Positions 6,331-18,300 of a DNA stretch of 64,000 nucleotides are shown one piece after another. Source of the stretch: Nemertoderma westbladi (Eukaryota > Animalia > Xenacoelomorpha); contig JAUCBJ010007253.1 in assembly GCA_032718475.1 (NCBI GenBank), positions 62,001 to 126,000 on the forward strand. The letters run 5' to 3'. Numbering within the stretch: position 1 is the stretch's first letter; the number at the start of each line of letters is the position of its first letter. A model generated the notes under the pieces. That model was given only the letters and a program-made list of their open reading frames with translations, did not search any database and was not told the origin of the DNA. Both the position numbers and the translations under genes were made by a program.

Positions 6331-9300
6331 ACCTTCTTCTGAGTTGGCTATTTTGTTGTAGTAATAAAAACTAACCTGATATCTTTTGATTTGGATAGTT
6401 TTTTGTAGTAATATAAACTAATCTTCTTCTGAGTTGGCTATTTTATTGTAGTAATAAAAACTAACCTGATATCTTTTGATTTGAATAGTTTTTTGTAGTA
6501 ATATAAACTAAACTTCTTCTGAGTTGGCTATTTTATTGTAGTAATAAAAACTAACCTGATATCTTTTGATTTGAATAGTTTTTTGTAGTAATATAAACTA
6601 AACTTCTTCTGAGTTGGCTATTTTGTTGTAGTAATAAAAACTAACCTGATATCTTTTGATTTGGATAGTTTTTTGTAGTAATATAAACTAATCTTCTTCT
6701 GAGTTGGCTATTTTATTGTAGTAATAAAAACTAACCTGATATCTTTTGATTTGAATAGTTTTTTGTAGTAATATAAACTAATCTTCTTCTGAGTTGGCTA
6801 TTTTATTGTAGTAATAAAAACTAACCTGATATCTTTTGATTTGAATAGTTTTTTGTAGTAATATAAACTAAACTTCTTCTGAGTTGGCTATTTTGTTGTA
6901 GTAATAAAAACTAACCTGGTATCTTTTGATTTGGATAGTTTTTTGTAGTAATATAAACTAATCTTCTTCTGAGTTGGCTATTTTATTGTAGTAATAAAAA
7001 CTAACCTGATATCTTTTGATTTGGATAGTTTTTTGTAGTAATATAAACTAATCTTCTTCTGAGTTGGCTATTTTATTGTAGTAATAAAAACTAACCTGAT
7101 ATCTTTTGATTTGAATAGTTTTTTGTAGTAATATAAACTAAACTTCTTCTGAGTTGGCTATTTTGTTGTAGTAATAAAAACTAACCTGATGTCTTTTGAT
7201 TTGAATAGTTTTTTGTAGTAATATAAACTAAACTTCTTTTGAGTTGGCTATTTCGTTGTAGTAATAAAAACTAACCTGATATCTTTTGATTTGAATAGTT
7301 TTTTGTAGTAATATAAACTAAACTTCTTCTGAGTTGGCTATTTTATTGTAGTAATAAAAACTAACCTGATATCTTTTGATTTGGATAGTTTTTTGTAGTA
7401 ATATAAACTAATCTTCTTCTGAGTTGGCTATTTTATTGTAGTAATAAAAACTAACCTGATATCTTTTGATTTGAATAGTTTTTTGTAGTAATATAAACTA
7501 AACTTCTTCTGAGTTGGCTATTTTGTTGTAGTAATAAAAACTAACCTGATGTCTTTTGATTTGAATAGTTTTTTGTAGTAATATAAACTAAACTTCTTTT
7601 GAGTTGGCTATTTCGTTGTAGTAATAAAAACTAACCTGATATCTTTTGATTTGAATAGTTTTTTGTAGTAATATAAACTAAACTTCTTCTGAGTTGGCTA
7701 TTTTGTTGTAGTAATAAAAACTAACCTGATGTCTTTTGATTTGAATAGTTTTTTGTAGTAATATAAACTAAACTTCTTCTGAGTTGGCTATTTTGTTGTA
7801 GTAATAAAAACTAACCTGATGTCTTTTGATTTGAATAGTTTTTTGTAGTAATATAAACTAAACTTCTTCTGAGTTGGCTATTTTGTTGTAGTAATAAAAA
7901 CTAACCTGATGTCTTTTGATTTGAATAGTTTTTTGTAGTAATATAAACTAAACTTCTTCTGAGTTGGCTATTTTGTTGTAGTAATAAAAACTAACCTGAT
8001 GTCTTTTGATTTGAATAGTTTTTTGTAGTAATATAAACTAAACTTCTTCTGAGTTGGCTATTTTGTTGTAGTAATAAAAACTAACCTGATGTCTTTTGAT
8101 TTGAATAGTTTTTTGTAGTAATATAAACTAAACTTCTTTTGAGTTGGCTATTTCGTTGTAGTAATAAAAACTAACCTGATATCTTTTGATTTGAATAGTT
8201 TTTTGTAGTAATATAAACTAAACTTCTTCTGAGTTGGCTATTTTATTGTAGTAATAAAAACTAACCTGATATCTTTTGATTTGGATAGTTTTTTGTATTA
8301 ATATAAACTAAACTTCTTCTGAGTTGGCTATTTCGTTGTAGTAATAAAAACTAACCTGGTATCTTTTGATTTGGATAGTTTTTTGTATTAATATAAACTA
8401 AACTTCTTCTGAGTTGGCTATTTTATTGTAGTAATAAAAACTAACTTGATATCTTTTGATTTGGATAGTTTTTTGTATTAATATAAACTAAACTTCTTCT
8501 GAGTTGGTTATTTCGTTGTAGTAATAAAAACTAACCTGGTATCTTTTGATTTGGATAGTTTTTTGTATTAATATAAACTAAACTTCTTCTGAGTTGGTTA
8601 TTTCGTTGTAGTAATAAAAACTAACCTGGTATCTTTTGATTTGGATTTTTTTTTGTATTAATATAAACTAAACTTCTTTTGAGTTGGCTAATTTGTTGTA
8701 GTAATAAAAACTAACCTGGTATCTTTTGATTTGGATAGTTTTTTGTAGTAATATAAACTAAACTTCTTTTGAGTTGGCTATTTCGTTGTAGTAATAAAAA
8801 CTAACCTGATATCTTTTGATTTGAATAGTTTTTTGTAGTAATATAAACTAAACTTCTTCTGAGTTGGCTATTTTATTGTAGTAATAAAAACTAACCTGAT
8901 ATCTTTTGATTTGGATAGTTTTTTGTATTAATATAAACTAAACTTCTTCTGAGTTGGCTATTTTATTGTAGTAATAAAAACTAACTTGATATCTTTTGAT
9001 TTGGATAGTTTTTTGTATTAATATAAACTAAACTTCTTCTGAGTTGGTTATTTCGTTGTAGTAATAAAAACTAACCTGGTATCTTTTGATTTGGATAGTT
9101 TTTTGTATTAATATAAACTAAACTTCTTCTGAGTTGGTTATTTCGTTGTAGTAATAAAAACTAACCTGGTATCTTTTGATTTGGATAGTTTTTTGTATTA
9201 ATATAAACTAAACTTCTTTTGAGTTGGCTAATTTGTTGTAGTAATAAAAACTAACCTGGTATCTTTTGATTTGGATAGTTTTTTGTAGTAATATAAACTA

Positions 9301-12300
9301 AACTTCTTTTGAGTTGGCTATTTCGTTGTAGTAATAAAAACTAACCTGATATCTTTTGATTTGAATAGTTTTTTGTAGTAATATAAACTAAACTTCTTCT
9401 GAGTTGGCTATTTTATTGTAGTAATAAAAACTAACTTGATATCTTTTGATTTGGATAGTTTTTTGTATTAATATAAACTAAACTTCTTCTGAGTTGGTTA
9501 TTTCGTTGTAGTAATAAAAACTAACCTGGTATCTTTTGATTTGGATAGTTTTTTGTAGTAATATAAACTAAACTTCTTTTGAGTTGGCTATTTCGTTGTA
9601 GTAATAAAAACTAACCTGATATCTTTTGATTTGAATAGTTTTTTGTAGTAATATAAACTAAACTTCTTCTGAGTTGGCTATTTTATTGTAGTAATAAAAA
9701 CTAACCTGATATCTTTTGATTTGGATAGTTTTTTGTATTAATATAAACTAAACTTCTTCTGAGTTGGCTATTTCGTTGTAGTAATAAAAACTAACCTGGT
9801 ATCTTTTGATTTGGATAGTTTTTTGTATTAATATAAACTAAACTTCTTCTGAGTTGGCTATTTTATTGTAGTAATAAAAACTAACTTGATATCTTTTGAT
9901 TTGGATAGTTTTTTGTATTAATATAAACTAAACTTCTTCTGAGTTGGTTATTTCGTTGTAGTAATAAAAACTAACCTGGTATCTTTTGATTTGGATAGTT
10001 TTTTGTATTAATATAAACTAAACTTCTTCTGAGTTGGTTATTTCGTTGTAGTAATAAAAACTAACCTGGTATCTTTTGATTTGGATAGTTTTTTGTATTA
10101 ATATAAACTAAACTTCTTTTGAGTTGGCTAATTTGTTGTAGTAATAAAAACTAACCTGATATCTTTTGATTTGGATAGTTTTTTGTATTAATATAAACTA
10201 AACTTCTTCTGAGTTGGCTATTTTATTGTAGTAATAAAAACTAACTTGATATCTTTTGATTTGGATAGTTTTTTGTATTAATATAAACTAAACTTCTTCT
10301 GAGTTGGTTATTTCGTTGTAGTAATAAAAACTAACCTGGTATCTTTTGATTTGGATAGTTTTTTGTATTAATATAAACTAAACTTCTTCTGAGTTGGTTA
10401 TTTCGTTGTAGTAATAAAAACTAACCTGGTATCTTTTGATTTGGATAGTTTTTTGTATTAATATAAACTAAACTTCTTTTGAGTTGGCTAATTTGTTGTA
10501 GTAATAAAAACTAACCTGATATCTTTTGATTTGGATAGTTTTTTGTATTAATATAAACTAAACTTCTTCTGAGTTGGCTAATTTGTTGTAGTAATAAAAA
10601 CTAACCTGATATCTTTTGATTTGGATAGTTTTTTGTATTAATATAAACTAAACTTCTTCTGAGTTGGCTAATTTGTTGTAGTAATAAAAACTAACCTGGT
10701 ATCTTTTGATTTGGATAGTTTTTTGTATTAATATAAACTAAACTTCTTTTGAGTTGGCTAATTTGTTGTAGTAATAAAAACTAACCTGATATCTTTTGAT
10801 TTGGATAGTTTTTTGTATTAATATAAACTAAACTTCTTCTGAGTTGGCTAATTTGTTGTAGTAATAAAAACTAACCTGATATCTTTTGATTTGGATAGTT
10901 TTTTGTATTAATATAAACTAAACTTCTTCTGAGTTGGCTAATTTGTTGTAGTAATAAAAACTAACCTGGTATCTTTTGATTTGAATAGTTTTTTGTAGTA
11001 ATATAAACTAAACTTCTTCTGAGTTGGCTATTTTGTTGTAGTAATAAAAACTAACCTGATGTCTTTTGATTTGAATAGTTTTTTGTAGTAATATAAACTA
11101 AACTTCTTTTGAGTTGGCTATTTCGTTGTAGTAATAAAAACTAACCTGATATCTTTTGATTTGAATAGTTTTTTGTAGTAATATAAACTAAACTTCTTCT
11201 GAGTTGGCTATTTTATTGTAGTAATAAAAACTAACCTGATATCTTTTGATTTGGATAGTTTTTTGTAGTAATATAAACTAATCTTCTTCTGAGTTGGCTA
11301 TTTTATTGTAGTAATAAAAACTAACCTGATATCTTTTGATTTGAATAGTTTTTTGTAGTAATATAAACTAAACTTCTTCTGAGTTGGCTATTTTGTTGTA
11401 GTAATAAAAACTAACCTGATGTCTTTTGATTTGAATAGTTTTTTGTAGTAATATAAACTAAACTTCTTTTGAGTTGGCTATTTCGTTGTAGTAATAAAAA
11501 CTAACCTGATATCTTTTGATTTGAATAGTTTTTTGTAGTAATATAAACTAAACTTCTTCTGAGTTGGCTATTTTGTTGTAGTAATAAAAACTAACCTGAT
11601 GTCTTTTGATTTGAATAGTTTTTTGTAGTAATATAAACTAAACTTCTTCTGAGTTGGCTATTTTGTTGTAGTAATAAAAACTAACCTGATGTCTTTTGAT
11701 TTGAATAGTTTTTTGTAGTAATATAAACTAAACTTCTTCTGAGTTGGCTATTTTGTTGTAGTAATAAAAACTAACCTGATGTCTTTTGATTTGAATAGTT
11801 TTTTGTAGTAATATAAACTAAACTTCTTCTGAGTTGGCTATTTTGTTGTAGTAATAAAAACTAACCTGATGTCTTTTGATTTGAATAGTTTTTTGTAGTA
11901 ATATAAACTAAACTTCTTCTGAGTTGGCTATTTTGTTGTAGTAATAAAAACTAACCTGATGTCTTTTGATTTGAATAGTTTTTTGTAGTAATATAAACTA
12001 AACTTCTTTTGAGTTGGCTATTTCGTTGTAGTAATAAAAACTAACCTGATATCTTTTGATTTGAATAGTTTTTTGTAGTAATATAAACTAAACTTCTTCT
12101 GAGTTGGCTATTTTATTGTAGTAATAAAAACTAACCTGATATCTTTTGATTTGGATAGTTTTTTGTATTAATATAAACTAAACTTCTTCTGAGTTGGCTA
12201 TTTCGTTGTAGTAATAAAAACTAACCTGGTATCTTTTGATTTGGATAGTTTTTTGTATTAATATAAACTAAACTTCTTCTGAGTTGGCTATTTTATTGTA

Positions 12301-15300
12301 GTAATAAAAACTAACTTGATATCTTTTGATTTGGATAGTTTTTTGTATTAATATAAACTAAACTTCTTCTGAGTTGGTTATTTCGTTGTAGTAATAAAAA
12401 CTAACCTGGTATCTTTTGATTTGGATAGTTTTTTGTATTAATATAAACTAAACTTCTTCTGAGTTGGTTATTTCGTTGTAGTAATAAAAACTAACCTGGT
12501 ATCTTTTGATTTGGATTTTTTTTTGTATTAATATAAACTAAACTTCTTTTGAGTTGGCTAATTTGTTGTAGTAATAAAAACTAACCTGGTATCTTTTGAT
12601 TTGGATAGTTTTTTGTAGTAATATAAACTAAACTTCTTTTGAGTTGGCTATTTCGTTGTAGTAATAAAAACTAACCTGATATCTTTTGATTTGAATAGTT
12701 TTTTGTAGTAATATAAACTAAACTTCTTCTGAGTTGGCTATTTTATTGTAGTAATAAAAACTAACCTGATATCTTTTGATTTGGATAGTTTTTTGTATTA
12801 ATATAAACTAAACTTCTTCTGAGTTGGCTATTTTATTGTAGTAATAAAAACTAACTTGATATCTTTTGATTTGGATAGTTTTTTGTATTAATATAAACTA
12901 AACTTCTTCTGAGTTGGTTATTTCGTTGTAGTAATAAAAACTAACCTGGTATCTTTTGATTTGGATAGTTTTTTGTATTAATATAAACTAAACTTCTTCT
13001 GAGTTGGTTATTTCGTTGTAGTAATAAAAACTAACCTGGTATCTTTTGATTTGGATAGTTTTTTGTATTAATATAAACTAAACTTCTTTTGAGTTGGCTA
13101 ATTTGTTGTAGTAATAAAAACTAACCTGGTATCTTTTGATTTGGATAGTTTTTTGTAGTAATATAAACTAAACTTCTTTTGAGTTGGCTATTTCGTTGTA
13201 GTAATAAAAACTAACCTGATATCTTTTGATTTGAATAGTTTTTTGTAGTAATATAAACTAAACTTCTTCTGAGTTGGCTATTTTATTGTAGTAATAAAAA
13301 CTAACTTGATATCTTTTGATTTGGATAGTTTTTTGTATTAATATAAACTAAACTTCTTCTGAGTTGGTTATTTCGTTGTAGTAATAAAAACTAACCTGGT
13401 ATCTTTTGATTTGGATAGTTTTTTGTAGTAATATAAACTAAACTTCTTTTGAGTTGGCTATTTCGTTGTAGTAATAAAAACTAACCTGATATCTTTTGAT
13501 TTGAATAGTTTTTTGTAGTAATATAAACTAAACTTCTTCTGAGTTGGCTATTTTATTGTAGTAATAAAAACTAACCTGATATCTTTTGATTTGGATAGTT
13601 TTTTGTATTAATATAAACTAAACTTCTTCTGAGTTGGCTATTTCGTTGTAGTAATAAAAACTAACCTGGTATCTTTTGATTTGGATAGTTTTTTGTATTA
13701 ATATAAACTAAACTTCTTCTGAGTTGGCTATTTTATTGTAGTAATAAAAACTAACTTGATATCTTTTGATTTGGATAGTTTTTTGTATTAATATAAACTA
13801 AACTTCTTCTGAGTTGGTTATTTCGTTGTAGTAATAAAAACTAACCTGGTATCTTTTGATTTGGATAGTTTTTTGTATTAATATAAACTAAACTTCTTCT
13901 GAGTTGGTTATTTCGTTGTAGTAATAAAAACTAACCTGGTATCTTTTGATTTGGATAGTTTTTTGTATTAATATAAACTAAACTTCTTTTGAGTTGGCTA
14001 ATTTGTTGTAGTAATAAAAACTAACCTGATATCTTTTGATTTGGATAGTTTTTTGTATTAATATAAACTAAACTTCTTCTGAGTTGGCTATTTTATTGTA
14101 GTAATAAAAACTAACTTGATATCTTTTGATTTGGATAGTTTTTTGTATTAATATAAACTAAACTTCTTCTGAGTTGGTTATTTCGTTGTAGTAATAAAAA
14201 CTAACCTGGTATCTTTTGATTTGGATAGTTTTTTGTATTAATATAAACTAAACTTCTTCTGAGTTGGTTATTTCGTTGTAGTAATAAAAACTAACCTGGT
14301 ATCTTTTGATTTGGATAGTTTTTTGTATTAATATAAACTAAACTTCTTTTGAGTTGGCTAATTTGTTGTAGTAATAAAAACTAACCTGATATCTTTTGAT
14401 TTGGATAGTTTTTTGTATTAATATAAACTAAACTTCTTCTGAGTTGGCTAATTTGTTGTAGTAATAAAAACTAACCTGATATCTTTTGATTTGGATAGTT
14501 TTTTGTATTAATATAAACTAAACTTCTTCTGAGTTGGCTAATTTGTTGTAGTAATAAAAACTAACCTGGTATCTTTTGATTTGGATAGTTTTTTGTATTA
14601 ATATAAACTAAACTTCTTTTGAGTTGGCTAATTTGTTGTAGTAATAAAAACTAACCTGATATCTTTTGATTTGGATAGTTTTTTGTATTAATATAAACTA
14701 AACTTCTTCTGAGTTGGCTAATTTGTTGTAGTAATAAAAACTAACCTGATATCTTTTGATTTGGATAGTTTTTTGTATTAATATAAACTAAACTTCTTCT
14801 GAGTTGGCTAATTTGTTGTAGTAATAAAAACTAACCTGGTATCTTTTGATTTGGATAGTTTTTTGTATTAATATAAACTAAACTTCTTCTGAGTTGGCTA
14901 TTTTATTGTAGTAATAAAAACTAACCTGATATCTTTTGATTTGGATAGTTTTTTGTATTAATATAAACTAAACTTCTTCTGAGTTGGTTATTTCGTTGTA
15001 GTAATAAAAACTAACCTGGTATCTTTTGATTTGGATAGTTTTTTGTAGTAATATAAACTAAACTTCTTCTGAGTTGGTTATTTTGTTGTAGTAATAAAAA
15101 CTAACCTGGTATCTTTTGATTTGGATAGTTTTTTGTATTAATATAAACTAAACTTCTTCTGAGTTGGTTATTTCGTTGTAGTAATAAAAACTAACCTGGT
15201 ATCTTTTGATTTGGATAGTTTTTTGTATTAATATAAACTAAACTTCTTTTGAGTTGGCTAATTTGTTGTAGTAATAAAAACTAACCTGATATCTTTTGAT

Positions 15301-18300
15301 TTGGATAGTTTTTTGTATTAATATAAACTAAACTTCTTTTGAGTTGGATAGTTTTTTGTAGTAATAAAAACTAACCTGATATCTTTTGATTTGGATAGTT
15401 TTTTGTATTAATATAAACTAAACTTCTTTTGAGTTGGATAGTTTTTTGTAGTAATAAAAACTAACCTGATATCTTTTGATTTGGATAGTTTTTTGTATTA
15501 ATATAAACTAAACTTCTTTTGAGTTGGCTAATTTGTTGTAGTAATAAAAACTAACCTAATATCTTTTGATTTGAATAGTTTTTTGTAGTAATATAAACTA
15601 AACTTCTTCTGAGTTGGCTATTTCGTTGTAGTAATAAAAACTAACCTGATATCTTTTGATTTGGATAGTTTTTTGTATTAATATAAACTAAACTTCTTCT
15701 GAGTTGGCTATTTTATTGTAGTAATAAAAACTAACCTGATATCCTTTTGATTTGGATAGTTTTTTGTATTAATATAAACTAAACTTCTTCTGAGTTGGCT
15801 ATTTTATTGTAGTAATAAAAACTAACCTGATATCCTTTTGATTTGGATAGTTTTTTGTATTAATATAAACTAAACTTCTTCTGAGTTGGCTATTTCGTTG
15901 TAGTAATAAAAACTAACCTGATATCTTTTTGATTTGTATAGTTTTTTGTATTAATATAAACTAAACTTCTTCTGAGTTGGCTATTTTATTGTAGTAATAA
16001 AAACTAACCTGATATCCTTTTGATTTGGATAGTTTTTTGTATTAATATAAACTAAACTTCTTCTGAGTTGGTTATTTCGTTGTAGTAATAAAAACTAACC
16101 TGGTATCTTTTGATTTGGATAGTTTTTTGTAGTAATATAAACTAAACTTCTTCTGAGTTGGTTATTTTGTTGTAGTAATAAAAACTAACCTGGTATCTTT
16201 TGATTTGGATAGTTTTTTGTATTAATATAAACTAAACTTCTTCTGAGTTGGTTATTTTGTTGTAGTAATAAAAACTAACCTGGTATCTTTTGATTTGGAT
16301 AGTTTTTTGTATTAATATAAACTAAACTTCTTCTGAGTTGGTTATTTTGTTGTAGTAATAAAAACTAACCTGGTATCTTTTGATTTGGATAGTTTTTTGT
16401 ATTAATATAAACTAAACTTCTTCTGAGTTGGCTATTTTATTGTAGTAATAAAAACTAACCTGGTATCTTTTGATTTGGATAGTTTTTTGTATTAATATAA
16501 ACTAAACTTCTTCTGAGTTGGCTATTTTATTGTAGTAATAAAAACTAACCTGGTATCTTTTGATTTGGATAGTTTTTTGTATTAATATAAACTAAACTTC
16601 TTTTGATTTGGATAGTTTTTTGTATTAATATAAACTAAACTTCTTCTGAGTTGGCTATTTTATTGTAGTAATAAAAACTAACCTGGTATCTTTTGATTTG
16701 GATAGTTTTTTGTATTAATATAAACTAAACTTCTTTTGAGTTGGATAGTTTTTTGTATTAATATAAACTAAACTTCTTCTGAGTTGGCTATTTTGTTGTA
16801 GTAATAAAAACTAACCTGATATCTTTTGATTTGGATAGTTTTTTGTATTAATATAAACTAAACTTCTTCTGAGTTGGCTATTTTATTGTAGTAATAAAAA
16901 CTAACCTGGTATCTTTTGATTTGGATAGTTTTTTGTATTAATATAAACTAAACTTCTTCTGAGTTGGCTATTTTATTGTAGTAATAAAAACTAACCTGAT
17001 ATCTTTTGATTTGGATAGTTTTTTGTATTAATATAAACTAAACTTCTTCTGAGTTGGTTATTTCGTTGTAGTAATAAAAACTAACCTGGTGTCTTTTGAT
17101 TTGGATAGTTTTTTGTAGTAATATAAACTAAACTTCTTCTGAGTTGGTTATTTTGTTGTAGTAATAAAAACTAACCTGGTATCTTTTGATTTGGATAGTT
17201 TTTTGTATTAATATAAACTAAACTTCTTCTGAGTTGGTTATTTCGTTGTAGTAATAAAAACTAACCTGGTATCTTTTGATTTGGATAGTTTTTTGTATTA
17301 ATATAAACTAAACTTCTTTTGAGTTGGCTAATTTGTTGTAGTAATAAAAACTAACCTGATATCTTTTGATTTGGATAGTTTTTTGTATTAATATAAACTA
17401 AACTTCTTTTGAGTTGGATAGTTTTTTGTAGTAATAAAAACTAACCTGATATCTTTTGATTTGGATAGTTTTTTGTATTAATATAAACTAAACTTCTTTT
17501 GAGTTGGCTAATTTGTTGTAGAAATAAAAACTAACCTGATATCTTTTGATTTGGATAGTTTTTTGTATTAATATAAACTAAACTTCTTTTGAGTTGGCTA
17601 ATTTGTTGTAGTAATAAAAACTAACCTGATATCTTTTGATTTGAATAGTTTTTTGTATTAATATAAACTAAACTTCTTCTGAGTTGGCTATTTCGTTGTA
17701 GTAATAAAAACTAACCTGATATCTTTTGATTTGGATAGTTTTTTGTATTAATATAAACTAAACTTCTTTTGAGTTGGATAGTTTTTTGTAGTAATAAAAA
17801 CTAACCTGATATCTTTTGATTTGGATAGTTTTTTGTATTAATATAAACTAAACTTCTTTTGAGTTGGCTAATTTGTTGTAGTAATAAAAACTAACCTGAT
17901 ATCTTTTGATTTGAATAGTTTTTTGTAGTAATATAAACTAAACTTCTTCTGAGTTGGCTATTTTATTGTAGTAATAAAAACTAACCTGATATCCTTTTGA
18001 TTTGGATAGTTTTTTGTATTAATATAAACTAAACTTCTTCTGAGTTGGCTATTTTATTTTAGTAATAACAACTAACCTGGTATCTTTTGATTTGGAGAGT
18101 TTTTTGTATTAATATAAACTAAACTTCTTTTGAGTTGGCTATTTTATTGTAGTAATAAAAACTAACCTGGTATCTTTTGATTTGGAGAGTTTTTTGTATT
18201 AATATAAACTAAACTTCTTTTGAGTTGGCTATTTTATTGTAGTAATAAAAACTAACCTGATATCCTTTTGATTTGGAGAGTTTTTTGTATTAATATAAAC

